A stretch of 64,000 nucleotides of DNA from Octopus vulgaris (taxonomy: Eukaryota). Numbering within the stretch: the first letter of the stretch is position 1; every line of letters starts with the position of its first letter. The notes beneath the pieces were generated by a model. That model searched no databases and was not told the DNA's origin. It worked only from the letters and a program-made list of their open reading frames with translations. Positions 39,539 through 53,152 of this stretch are shown in pieces. The position numbers and the translations under genes were made by a program. The DNA lies in contig OX597842.1 of NCBI GenBank assembly GCA_951406725.2, forward strand, positions 1,364,001-1,428,000, written 5' to 3'.

Positions 39539-40734
39539 TATATGTATCTATGTATGTATATGTGTGTGTGTATATGTTTGTGTGTCTGTTTGTCTCCCCA
39601 GCATCGCTTGACAACCGATGCTGGTGTGTTAATGTCTCCGTAACTTCGTGGTTCAGCAAAAGAGACCAATAGAATAAGTACTAGGCTTACAATGAATAAG
39701 TCCTGGGGTCGATTTGCTTGACTATAAAGGCGGTGCTCCAGCATGGCCGCAGTCAAATGACTGAAACAAGTAGAACAGTAAAGAGTAAAAGAGTATAAAT
39801 TTAAATAATAAGCGTAAAAAATTGAATAATAATTTGATTAATATCAATTTAAAACCAGTGGCCAAGCATACTGAAAAATCTGAAGATTCAGAAAAATTAT
39901 ATTACATAATGGCGAGTGAAGTCGATGCTACCTTTATCCTTTCTTCCTTTCTAGTCAGCACCGTGCATTCCTTACTCTTTCCCTCCCTTCTACACTATCA
40001 ACTAGCAACCAGCAAGCAAACTTGTCACTGCCACTACAATTACTGCATTTTCCGGTGTATAAACCGCTATTTGCTTTGTTTTACCTTTAAGTTTTGATAA
40101 TGTTATTTTTTATCTAATAAAGCTTTTATATCGACGAAATGTGTTTGTTGTTGATTATTGTAAGATAAAATCATAACAATAACAATACATCTCATAGTTG
40201 TAAAACAAGGCATTTTGAAACTACATACACGTCAACAACAAAAAAGCTAGCTGTGGACTTGTTGCTCTATAAGGTCTTTTAAACACCGACGCGCTTTGTG
40301 TGGATAAAACACCAATGTTGGGCAAACGAATAAATATATGTAAATAATATTTCTTCCTTCTTGGTGTTGATTCTTCGAACAGAGTGGTGACATTAAGCAG
40401 AGATGACCCGGAAGTTGTTCCTCTTCAATTACTATCGTAAACAGCAGTAGCTTTCTTACACATCGTTGATTGGTTGAAATTACCCAAATACAACAACTTT
40501 AACATGAAATAACTTCTAAAATACGAAATTTTGTCAAAAACGTTCAGAGTAAACTGTATTCTACGTGCGAAATTCTACCAGCATTTGAAGTTTCAAACTG
40601 TTTAGTTAAAAAAATTAATTAAAAAATCCATGATTGAGATGAAATAGATCCCACCAGATTAATAACGACAAAGTTATTTTACCATTATTTTAAAAATCCA
40701 CCATTATTTTCAAAATCAATTGAAACAAAGTCAA

Positions 40735-40771
40735 GTGTATTTCAACAGAAATATGGTAACTAAAGGGTTAA
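40735..40771 (-). mobile_element. piggyBac-like MITE terminus
   Basis: Minus strand reads TTAA-CCCTTTAGTTACCATATTTCTGTTGAAATACAC; similar end at 48752; related internal pieces at 47170-47830, 48425-48620 and 50330-50460. Confidence 0.5.
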
Positions 40772-42156
40772 AGTGATCTAAGTTAAAAGTTTTCATCAAA
40801 AATTTATGTTACTTTATGGACCAATCATGTGTTGATGTACATAGATACTAATGAATTCTATAACTAATCAACACTCAACGGGACAATTATTCCATTCAGG
40901 TTTCGACTCTTGTTCTTCTTGTTGTTCTTCATGCTAAACTCCCAGCATTGTGCATTCAGATATTGTTTTGCATAGGCTCAGGAGGGATATAATGTAATAT
41001 AAAAAGCATAATAATGGTTTCAAATTTTGGCACAAGGCCTGCAATTTCATCGACACCCCGCAGGAGTGGCTGTGTGGTAAAGTAGCTTGTTTACCAACCA
41101 CATGGTTCCGGGTTCAGTCCCACTGCGTGGCACCTTGGGCTAGTGTCTTCTACTATAGCCTAGTGCTGACCAAAGCCTTGTAAGTGGATTTGGTAGATGG
41201 AAACTGAAAGAAGCCCGTCGTATATATGTATATATATATATATGCATGTGTGTGTTTGTGTGTCTGTGTTTGTCCCCCTAGCATTGCTTGACAACCGATG
41301 CTGGTGTGTTTATGTCCCCGTTACTTAGCGGTTCGGCAAAAGAGACCGATAGAATAAGTACTGGGCTTACAAAAGAATAAGTTCCGGGGTTGAGTTGCTC
41401 GATTAAAAGCGGTGCTCCAGCATGGCCACAGTCAAATGACTGAAACAAGTAAAAGAGAGTAAAGAGAGTGTTCAACTGGTACTTGCTTTATTGATCCTGA
41501 AATGGTGAAAGATAAAGTTGGCCTCGGTAGAATTTGAACTGAGAATGTAAAGACAGGTGAAATGTGGCTAAGTGTCTCGCCCAGCATGCTACCAATTCTG
41601 TCAGGTAACCATCTTAGATATTGGTTTCAAATTTTGGCACAAGGCCAGCAATTTCAAGGTAGGGGTAAGTTAATCACAACAGCCCCCAGAGCTCAACTTG
41701 AACCTATTTTATCGACCCCTCAAGCAGAATTTGAACCGAGAGTGCAAAGACAAGCAAAATGCCCTTAAGCATTTTACCTGACTTGCTAACATTTCTGCCA
41801 GCTCACTGTCTTAGATCAGTGGTCCCCAAAGTTAGCAGTACTGTCCCCTTGGGGGCAGTGGAAAGATCCGGGGTGGGGGGCACTGAAGAAAATTGGGATG
41901 ATGATGAGGTGGCCAAAATGGGGTGATAGGCATCTAGCTGGAGAAACCAAAACAAAACAGACATTTGAGATCAATGCAGTCCTCCAACTCTTCGGTCCCT
42001 GATGGACAGTCCAACTCATGCCAGCATAGAAAAACAGATATCATATTCTTTAACTTGTTTCAGTCTTTGACTGCGGCCATGCTGGAGCACCGCCTTTAGT
42101 CGAACAAAAAAACCCCAGGACTTATTCTTTGTAAGTCTAGTACTTACCCTATTGAT

Positions 42157-42870
42157 AAGCTAATATGGTAGTCTAGAAATATAGGATGAATGCTGCCATT
42201 GATTAGCTCCAAGAGGCCATCACCTCTAGCTAGCTATGTGACACACAAACCTGTGTCCATTATAACCTTCGAACAGGGGAGGTCAGCCACTTCCCCTTGA
42301 TGGTCAGGCATCTGCACCTATTTTCAGGCTATTTGCCCTTTATCAATGCAGAGCAGCTGAACCCAGCAGGCGTCACTACTAACTGTAGCATTTGTCCTAT
42401 ATTTCTGGACTGCCATATTAGCTTGGTGATAACTGTTAATTTCCAGTACCGCTGCCGTAGTCACCTTTAGAGAGACTTCGAAATAATAATATTTCTATTT
42501 TTGAAAACCAGAGGATGTATTCCACTGAAATTAGGTAAATAATCCTTTGAACAGATGGTCAGCAGGGATGCCTGCTGGGTTTGGCTACTCTGCATTGATA
42601 AAGGGCAAATACCCTGAAACTAGACTGCGGCTGCCTCACCAGCAAGGGGCGATGGCTTCTTGGAGCTAATCAATGGCAGCATTCGTCCTATATTTCTGGA
42701 CTGCCATATTAGCGTGGTGATAACTATTAATATCCAGTACTGCTGCCATAATCTCCTTTAGAGAGATTTAGAAATAATAATAATAATAATAATAATAGAA
42801 ATATTAAAATTACTAAGTCTCTCTAAAAGAGAACAACGGCAGCGTTCCCGGATAACTAATAATAATAATA
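42157..42870. mobile_element. Rearranged Penelope-like terminal-repeat cluster (direct and inverted segments, decayed hammerheads)
   Basis: 42157-42375 is the interrupted reverse complement of 42565-42713; 42388-42497 repeats directly at 42678-42790; GCA-TTGATAA-AGGGC-aaat-ACCCT-GAAACTAGAC-TGC at about 42592-42628. Confidence 0.55.
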
Positions 42871-42877
42871 ATATATA

Positions 42878-43985
42878 TATTATAATTATTATTATTACTA
42901 TTTTCAGCTTCGCCTCGTATTGCATATTATTTCTCCATACAGGGGTTTTTTTCAATGGCGGCCCATTTTCGCGGGGTTCTACTGTTCTTCTCTATCTATC
43001 TCTCTCTCTCCCTTTCTCACGTTGTCTGCCATTCCCCCCTTCCATTGCTAAGAGCATTTCTAAGCCAGCCCGTCAGTTCAACCTTCGTCCCCCTTCCATT
43101 GCTAAGAGCATTTCTAAGCCAGCCCGTCAGATCAACCTTTGTATATTCCCGTGTCAGGCCGAAGAACGAAATGTTTCCCAGATAAGAGTCTTTCTAATCT
43201 AATGTTGTGGTTGAGCTGTTTTGTTTTGTTTGTTTATTAGTTATTAATTATTATTACTATTATTAGTACTAGTATTGTCCCTTTGATCCCCTGGTCGACA
43301 GTTCGCTTATTATTATTATAATTATTATTATTACTATTTTCAGCTTCGCCTCGTATTGCATATTATTTCTCCATACAGGGGTTTTTTTCAATGGCGGCCC
43401 ATTTTCGCGGGGTTCTACTGTTCTTCTCTATCTATCTCTCTCTCTCCCTTTCTCACGTTGTCTGCCATTCCCCCCTTCCATTGCTAAGAGCATTTCTAAG
43501 CCAGCCCGTCAGTTCAACCTTCGTCCCCCTTCCATTGCTAAGAGCATTTCTAAGCCAGCCCGTCAGATCAACCTTTGTATATTCCCGTGTCAGGCCGAAG
43601 AACGAAATGTTTCCCAGATAAGAGTCTTTCTAATCTAATGTTGTGGTTGAGCTGTTTTGTTTTGTTTGTTTATTAGTTATTAATTATTATTACTATTATT
43701 AGTACTAGTATTGTCCCTTTGATCCCCTGGTCGACAGTTCGCTTATTATTATTATAATTATTATTATTACTATTTTCAGCTTCGCCTCGTATTGCATATT
43801 ATTTCTCCATACAGGGTTTTTTTTTTTTTTTTTTTTTTTTCAATGGCGGCCCATTTTCGCGGGGTTCTACTGTTCTTCTCTATCTATCTCTCTCTCTCCC
43901 TTTCTCACGTTGTCTGCCATTCCCCCCCTTCCATTGCTAAGAGCATTTCTAAGCCAGCCGTCAGTTCAACCTTCGTATATTCCCG
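42878..43985. repeat. 436-bp tandem repeat, about 2.5 near-identical copies
   Basis: Identical ORFs at 42955 and 43391; the third copy lacks the internal 54-bp duplication and has a longer T run. Confidence 0.95.
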
Positions 43986-44802
43986 GTGCACCCGCCCTTG
44001 CCCACCCCCACCACCAATACCGGATATCTATATTTTTGCTCCATCTATACCGGATGTCGCTTCTCCCACCACCATTATAGGTGTCTACTCTTCGAACCCC
44101 CCTCTTCAATGCGCTATTTCACCATGCATTACCCCTCTCTTGATATCCTACGTTCTACTTGCCTAGAACCTGTCATCATTTCTCTGAACCACCCCTCCCC
44201 ACTGGTGCTCCCCTATATATTTCTGCCCCCCCCCCATAAAAGCACCATCCGAACGTGGCCGATGCCAGACCCCTCTGGCACCTGTGCAGGTGGCACGTAA
44301 AAACACCCACTACACTCGCGGAGTGGTTGGCGTTAGGAAGGGCATCCAGCTGTAGAAACACTGCCAGACTAGACTGGAGCCTGGGGCAGTCCCGAGCTCC
44401 CCAGACCCCGGTCGAAACCGTCCAACCCGTGCTAGCGCGGAAAACGGACGTTAAACGATGATGATGATGATGATGATGATGATATATATCATTTTATTTA
44501 TGCACCCTTTTCAAGCCTAGACAGGCTCATGGGCCCTGTTTCCCGGTTTCTATGGCATATGTGTTCCCCCCAGCTGGACGGGACACCAGTCCATCACAGT
44601 GTTACTCAAGAAACAGGGAGAGAGAGTGAGAGAAAGTTGTGGCGAAAGAGTACAGCAGGGGTCGCCACCACCCCCTGCCAGAGCCTCATGGAGCTTTTAG
44701 GTGTTTTCGCTCAATAAGCACACAGAAGGCCTGGTCTGGGAATCAAAACTGCAATCCTCCGACCGAGAGTCCGCTGCCCTAACCACTGGGCTATTGTGCC
44801 TC

Positions 44803-44855
<53 letters not shown>

Positions 44856-45789
44856 TTATTTATTTATTGCATATATACTCTGAGTGTGTATGTGTGTATA
44901 GACACATACAAACACACATTGCTGATTCATACACAGATTCTTATCACAAAGATCTTAGATTCTGGCACTGAAGCAACTGCAATGATGATGATGATGATAA
45001 TAAGAATGAGAAGGGGGGGGACAATTGATGATGATGATGCTGTCTGTGATGTTGATGAACTGTGTAAAAAGGTGACTTGGAAGTAGGAGATTGAGGGGGA
45101 GGAAGAAATAGAAAGAAAATAAGAAGAATTGGAGAAAGAAGAGGAAGAAGAAGGAAAAGAGGAAGAATAATTTGAGGAGAAGGAAGAAGGAAAAGAGGAA
45201 GGAAAAGAAGAAGGAAAAGAATGGGAAGAAGAAGAAGAATTGAAAGAAGAAGAAAAAGAAGAAGACGAAGAAGAACTGGAATAATAATAAGAAGAAGAGG
45301 AAATAGAAGAAGAAGAATTGAAAGAAGAAAAAGAAGAAGAAGAAGAAGAAAAAGAAGAAGGAGGAGGAGGAGGGGAGGAGAAGGAGGAGGGGGAGGAGAA
45401 GGAGAAGAATTGAAAGAAGAAGAAGGAGGAGGAGGAGAAAGAGAAGAAGAAAAAGAAGAAGAAGAAGAAGATGAAGAAGAAGAAAGAAAGAATAAAACAA
45501 GTTTTACCGGTTATTTCCGATTTTCCCCATTGGTGTTGTTGAGTGGATGGAGGTCATCCATTCTGGCCTCAGCCCAACATTTCATCAGAGAGATGTTATC
45601 GACTCTTCTATTTCAATTTAACAAATGTCTGCCATGTCAGGGTGTGACCCGATGTTAGCTGGTTAGACTGAGCCTGCTGCTTCAGTGGCAAATGTGGAGG
45701 TGGGGGTCGTGGGGTTTTTTTTTTTTTTTTGGTAGGGTGGGCATGGGGAGACTGTTGCTGCTTGTATTGTAGATATGAGGTTGTTGCTG

Positions 45790-46520
45790 CTGATCTTTGA
45801 TCAAAGGTGTTCCAGCTGTGACCACCCCATCTTTTGTTCAGACATAGTGTATCTAGGAGTACATTATCTAATGTATAATATTCTAGTTAGTGTCAGTGGC
45901 TGTTGCTGTTGTTTAGCCCCTGGTCTGTCCTGACTTGGAAAACTTATGATCAAAGACGTTCCAAATATGACCATCCTGTCTCTTCTACAGGCATAGTGTA
46001 CCTTGGACTAAATTATCAAAAAACATCATATAATAGTTAGTATTAGTGGTTATAGCTATTGTTGTTGTTCAACCCCAGGTCAGTCAGGATCCAGAAGACC
46101 TATTATCAAAGATGTTCCAGCCATGACCATCCCATCTATTATACAGCCATAGTGTATCTAGGACTACATTATCTAATGTATAATAGTTAGTATTAGTGAC
46201 TAAGGTTGTTGTTGTTCAACTCCAGGCCAATCCTGATCCAGACAGACCTCTGATCAAAGATGTTCCAGCCATGACCATCCCATCTTTTATTCAGACATAG
46301 TGTATCTAGGACTACATTATCTAATGTATAGTAAATGGTAATAGAAGTTATAGTTGTTATTATTGTTTAGCCCTAGGTCACTCCCAATCCAACAGACCTA
46401 TGATCAAAGATGTTCCAGCTATGCCCATCCTATCTTTTACTCAGAGATGGTATATCTAGGACTTCATTATCCAGTGTATAGTTGTTGTTGTTATTGCTTT
46501 TTAGCCCATGGTCTATCATG
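45790..46520 (-). repeat. Inverted-orientation array of about 5 units of the ~120-bp repeat
   Basis: GATCAAAGATGTTCCAGC..GACCATCCCATCTTTTATTCAG..GGACTACATTATC recurs. Confidence 0.85.
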
Positions 46521-46774
46521 ATCAATACAATTTTCTCACCTGTCACTGCATGAGTATGTATGACGTATATTCCAGAAGATTTCGGACTCTTAGGAGAAGC
46601 AGTTATATGACTTAGATTTTATAGGTGCAGGAGTGGCTGTGTGGTAAGTAGCTTGCTTACCAACCACATGGTTCTGAGGTCAGTCCCACTGCGTGGCACC
46701 TTGGGCAAGTGTCTTCTAATATAGCCTCAGGCCGACCAAAGCCTTTTGAATGGATTTCGTAGATGGAAACTGTA

Positions 46775-46815
<41 letters not shown>

Positions 46816-47256
46816 CCAAACTTATAGGGAAAAATTCAATTTAGAAATACTAAATCAAATTTCACAAAATATAATATATATATATATTAGAAAAAAACGC
46901 ACCTTTTATCAATTCAATAATGAAAAATTAAATTATACCATTCAGGAAAATTACATATTATATTATGTATGTATGTATGCGTGTGTATATGTTTGTGTTT
47001 CTCCCCACCAACATCGCATGACAACTGTTGCTGTTCGGCAAAAGAGACCAATAGAATATGTACAAGGCTTACAAGGAATAAGTCCTGGGGTCGATTTGCT
47101 CAACTACAGGCGGTGGTCCAGCATGGCCACAGTCAAATGACTGAAACAAGTAAAAGAGTAAAGCAATGAAGAATTTTTTAAAATTGCTTAGTCATTATTA
47201 AGCTGGGTAGTGGGACACAATTAGCAAGAAATTTTGAAGAAAGGTTTTAATTTAGA

Positions 47257-47624
47257 CTAGTACTATGACCCGACAACGCTGGGTCATAGTGCTAGTGCAT
47301 GCACATACAGCTGCGTGTGTGCGCACATACATGCGAGTACTGTCCAAATCTCCGACCAATCACATACAGCTAGCTGGCATTCAATTGATATATCAAATTT
47401 CGGGCATTTTGATTGGGTTTTGGATAGAAAATTCACAAAAAAGTCACTTCTATTGATTTTTTAATGGCTTTACGGTGTGACTGGGGAAATGTAAAGATGT
47501 CCACGACCACCCTTGGACAGTTTTGAATGATCATAGAAAGTGCGAGCCCTCTAACTGAAAAATCGTGGATTTGTATAAAGGATACACACACAGACAGACA
47601 TTTTGGCGTTTATATATAGAGAGA
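47257..47624 (-). mobile_element. Non-autonomous Helitron (second family)
   Basis: On minus: A|TC start (TCTCTCTATATATAAA), long terminal hairpin CTAGCACTATGACCC..GGGTCATAGTACTAG, CTAG|T end; splits a host repeat at AATTTAGA|TAAACTTTAAAAC. Confidence 0.85.
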
Positions 47625-48837
47625 TAAACTTTAAAACCCACATAACATATTTTTGTTGACGACCACTGCTTTTGTTTTAAGTAATTATAAAAGTAACGAA
47701 GAATTTAGTGAAATAACTTTGTAATTATTAATCTGATGTTTTGAACATAAATTAAAATAAAATTTTGATGAAGGGTTTTAATTGAGATCCCTTGGACCCT
47801 TTTCATTCCATATTTTTGTTAAAATACACTGCCTTTTCTCTCTTACTTGTTTCAGTCATTTGACTGCGACCATGTTGGAGCACCGCCTTTAGTCGAGCAA
47901 ATTGACCCCAGGACTTATTCTTTGTAAGCCTAGTAGTACTTATTCTGTCGGTCTCTTTTGCCGAACCGCTAAGTTACAGGGATGTAAACACACCATCAGT
48001 TGTTAAGCAATATTGGGGGGACAAACACACACAAACACATACACATACATACACATATATACATATATACGACGGGCTTCTTTCAGTTTCCGTTTACCTA
48101 ATCCACTCACAAGGCTTTGGTCGGCCCGAGGCTATAGTAGAAGACACTTGCCCAAGGTGCCACGCAGTGGGAATGAACACACCAGCATCAGTTGTCAAGC
48201 AATGCTAGGGGGACAAACACAGACACAAACACACTTATATATATATATATACATATATACGACAGGCTGCTTTCAGTTTCCGTCTACCTAATCCACTCAC
48301 AAGGCTTTGGTCGGCCCGAGGCTATAATAGAAGACACTTGCCCAAGGTGCCATGCAGTGGGAATGAACCCCGAACCATATGGTTGGTAAGCAAGCCTCTT
48401 ACCACACAGCCTCTCCTGCACCTTAATTACAATTAATTTGTAAAAATAACGAAGAATTTAATGAAATAACTTTGTCATTATAAATCCGGTGTTTGGAACA
48501 TAAATTAACATGAAATTTTAATGAGAGGTTTTAATTTTGGTCTCTTTACAAACAGGAAGATTCTATCACAGAACTAGAGACAGGCTTAGACAGGTCAATA
48601 TTAAAAAGGTCAAACAAGTTATCAGCCAACATAATGTAAACCTGACTCACTCACATCTGCTGAAAGTCTGTATAAGCAGTCATCAGCAAAGCTATCTGCT
48701 GCGAATACTGGATGCACACAACCAATTTGGTCCCTATAATGCATAAAAAATTTAACCCTTCTGTTATCATATTTCTGTTGTATTTCATAGGTTTTGTTTC
48801 AGTTAATTTTGAAAATATTGAAAGATTTAGTAAAAGA

Positions 48838-49402
48838 TTGGGTTGTCCGGTCAGTTCGTGTCGATTTTTAAAGGAAAGAAAAAGGTCAATAAATACTTGC
48901 CATTACATTTTTAATCAACCAAATATGAACCATTTTGTTGCACATGCATCTCCATCTTTCCTTTAACTTGAAAATACCCTCTTCCCTGAATTGAGGGGGT
49001 TTCATGGCAAAGAATTCATCAAGGTAACTTTTTACGTCATCCAAGGAATTGGAATTTTTACCATTAAGATTATTCTGCAGAGACCTGAATAAGTGGAAAT
49101 CCAAAGGAGCAATATCTGGGGAATATGGAGGGTGGGGTAACACATCCCAGCCGAGCTGCAGCAATTTTTGTCTGGTTCCCAAAGCATCAAGTGCTGAAAA
49201 TGAACTTTCTTATCTTCCATTTTAAAGGGTTACAGAATTAACACAGGTTATAGGAACACAACCCTTCTTCCACGAAAAGATAGCTTAAACTGGTCTCTAA
49301 ATGGAGGTGTAGTCAAATCCTATTTTATGGACTCAACCATGTTCTAAACTAAGTCGAAAGGTAAGCTACTATAAATCAGCACAAACTTTCCAGACAACCC
49401 AA
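48838..49402 (-). mobile_element. Internally deleted mariner with both TIRs
   Basis: TIRs TTGGGTTGTCCGG.. and ..CCAGACAACCCAA; residual C-terminus LGWDVLPHPPYSPDIAPLDFHLFRSLQN. A further isolated end lies at 50028-50075. Confidence 0.9.
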
Positions 49403-50912
49403 CATATAGGCATAAGCGTGGCTGTGTGGTAAGAAGCTTGCTTCCCAACCACATGGTTCAAGGTTCAGTCCCACTGCATGGAACCTTGGGAAAATGTCTT
49501 TTACTAGGGCCTCGGGCTGACCGAAGCCTTGTGAGTGAATTTGGTAGGCAGAAATGGTAAAGAAGCCTGTCGTATATATGTATCATCATCATCGTTTAGC
49601 GTCCGCTTTCCATGCTAGCATGGGTTGGACGGTTCAACAGGGGTCTGGAAAGCCAGAAGGCTGCACCAGGCCCAGTCTGATCTGGCACTGTTGCTACGGC
49701 TGGATGCCCTTCCTAACGCCAACCACTCTGTGAGTGTAATGGGTGCTTTTTACGTGTAACTGGCACAGTTGCCAGATGGGGCTGGCAAACGGCCACGATC
49801 GGATGATGCTTTTTACGTGACACCGGCACGGAGGCCAGTCATGGGCGGCACTGGCAACAGCCACGTTCGGATGGTTTTGTGTGTCTGTGTTTGTCCCTCC
49901 ACCATTGTTTGAAATCTGATGTTGGTGTGTTTACATCCACGTCGCTGCAGTCAAATGACTGAAACAAATAAAAGAATATAGCCGCAGAAGTGGCTGTGTG
50001 GTAAAAAGCTTGCTTCCCAACCTCATGTAAAGGTAAGCTATGATAAATCGGCATGAACTTTCCGGACAACCCAATAACTTTTATCTATTTCTTTATTATC
50101 CACAAGGGGCTAAACACAGAGAGGACAAACAAGGACAGACAAAGAGATTAAGTCGATTATATCGACCCCAGTGCGTAACTGGTACTTATTTAATCGACCC
50201 CGAAAGGATGAAAGGCAAAGTCGACCTCGGCGGAATTTGAACTCAGAGCGTAACGGCAGACGAAATACGGCTACGCATTTCGCCCGGCGTGCTAACGATT
50301 CTGCCAGCTCGCCGCCTTCACTCCAATAACTTTTATCATTAGCAAGTTGGTGCTTGGAACATGTATTAACAGGAAATTTTGAAGGAAGAATTTAATTTAG
50401 ATCTCTTTAAAACAAAAGGTTTGTATCTTAAAACCGAGGGCAGTTTTGAGCAGTCAGTATCAAAAGAATAGCCAAACCCACCATTGATATTATTTACAAT
50501 TTCGGAATAGAATCTCTTTCTTTCCCTAAATGCCATTCCTTGATTTGACAGCACGTTTGCAATATTCGGAATGGGTAGGTGATGGAGCGATGGCAACGGA
50601 TCTGCAAGGTGCATCCTGCAGTAGAGCTGCACTTTGTCTTACTGTGGGTGGTAAAAGCGGAATCGATCAAATATTAGCTTTCGGTCATTGGTCTAAGAAT
50701 GGCAATGGCTGGCTGCAAGGCATTTCGCATCTCTGCTACAGTTGTGGAATCATGACATTGATATCATCACGAGATGCCAATGTGTGCATGTGTGTGCGTG
50801 TGTGTGTGTACAATGCACATATTTATGTGTGTGTGTATATGTATGTGTATACAAAAATGTGTATCATCTATGTTCATGCATATATATATGTATATATATA
50901 TATATATGTATA

Positions 50913-50963
<51 letters not shown>

Positions 50964-52948
50964 ATATATGTGTGTATATATGTATGTATATATATATATA
51001 TATACACATAGAAATATATACATATATATATACATACACACATATATATATGTGTGTATATATATGTATGTGTGTGCGTATATATATATATATACACATA
51101 CAAATATATACATATATATATACATACACACATATATATATGTATGTGTGTATATATATGTATGTGTGTATATATATACACATACAAATATATACATATA
51201 TATGTATACATACATACAAATATATATATACATACATACACAACATATATACATATAGATACATACACATATATACACATACCTACACACATATAAATAT
51301 ATAAACAACATATATACATATGTATACATCCATGCACATACATATGTATGTATGTATATCTATATATATGTATGATGTATAGAATGTTTGAAGTGGTGTA
51401 CAGATTTTATATATTAAGAAAAAGGAGATTGTCAGGATTTGGATAAAAACTATTTATTTAGCACTTTTGTCCCTTTCAGGGATCACACACACACACACAC
51501 ACACACACACAGCCATAAATATATATACACATACATAACCCTTTTCATTGTTGCACACACAATATATACACTCAAAAGTACCCTTCTCAATATGCACACA
51601 CACACACACACAAACACATAGTTGCTATGGAAACCCTTTCCCCATTTCACTACCCAAATCCAAAACCCCCGCAAAACATATCAGTGACAAAAGCCAATTT
51701 ATGACATCCAATAAGGTACAGGTAACAAAAGGGAGAGTACATTTAATAAGAGGGGTGTGAAGGTGTATGGTCAAGGTGTATGGTCAAGGTGCATGGCTCA
51801 GTGGTTAGAGAGTCGGGCTTATGATCGTGAGGTTGTGAGTTTGAATCCCGGACCGGGCTGTGTGTTGTTGTTCTTGAGCAAGACACTTTGTTTCACATTG
51901 CTCCAGTTCACTCAGCTGTAAAAATGAATTGCGACGACACAGGTGCCAAGCTGTATCGGCCTCTTTGCCTTTTCCTTGGATAACATCAGTGGTGTGAAGA
52001 GGGGAGGCTGGTATGCATGGACGACTGCTGGTCTTACATAAACAACCTTGCCCAGACTTGTGCCTTGGAGGGTAACTTTCTAGGTGCAATCCCATGGTCA
52101 GTCATGACCGAAGGGGGTCACAACAACAACAACAACAGAAGGTGTATGGTTTGATACAAAGTTTCAATAACTGATACACCAGATACTTCACAAGCTACAA
52201 TCATGAATATATTGAAGGGACCAGTGTGGGGATATTGCTGCTGTTAATTTAAGACAACCTTCACACCTTGGGCAGCATTTGGGTCAGCCACTGACCAACT
52301 ATATTTGCATATGGTCAAAGACATGATATTCCTATCACAAGAAGCCCAGTTTTTAATTTCATACATTTCATGGCACATAAAAAGCACCATCCGATCGTGG
52401 CCGCTACCACCCTCCCCTGGCACCAGTGCAGGTGGCACGTAAAAAGCACCCACTACACTCACGGAGTGGTTGGCGTTAGGAAGGGCATCCAGCTGTAGAA
52501 ACACTGCCAGATCAGACTGGGCCTGGTGCAGCCATCTGGATTCCCAGACCCCGGTTGAACCGTCCGACCCATGCTAGCACGAAAAACGGACGTTAAACAA
52601 TGATCCATTGGCGTGTGTGTGTGTGTGTGTACATGTGTAGGTGTGTGGATGATGGTGTAGGAGCTGGGAAGTGGTCAGTTCTAGTATGTGCAGGGTGGTG
52701 TGATATGGTTTGATGAGGTATGCTGGTATGTGGTGTGGTGGTGTTGGGGTGTGGGGGAGGTGAGAGTGAAGGAAGCAAGGGTAGGGGTCTAAGGGATTGG
52801 GTGGGGGTGGTATGGGATGTATGGGTTGGAATGTGTAGTGGTGGGGTAATAAGGGAGATGTGATGATGAAGGGAGGGGGTGGAAGGGAGAAGGTGGGTAG
52901 AAGTGAAGAGAAGAAGTAGATGCCAGAACAAGAGAGGAGAGGTGGGTG

Positions 52949-53152
52949 GGGTGCTGAAAAGTACCTGGCTTTGGGTAAAAGAAAATGGAGGAGGATCAGT
53001 TAATTTTGGTTTTAGTTAGCATATTCCTCTGATTCACACACTTATTGTAGCGGTCCTTCAGTTTTTCTAAGCCCTGTAAAATAACTTGGAAGTTTGGGCC
53101 TCCAAGCAGGCTTTTCACAAGACCCTAAAAGCCAGAAACTTTGCAGCACCTC
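52949..53152. mobile_element. Tc1/mariner-type MITE of about 200 bp
   Basis: Imperfect TIRs GGGGTGCTGAAAAGTACCTGGCTTT and AAAGCCAGAAACTTTGCAGCACCTC; partial inverted copy at 59300-59442. Confidence 0.65.

Noticed and set aside
44160-44225. KYIGE on minus as a GIY-YIG motif
   Set aside because: No upstream GIY or downstream R/E residues; a stop follows soon; likely chance.
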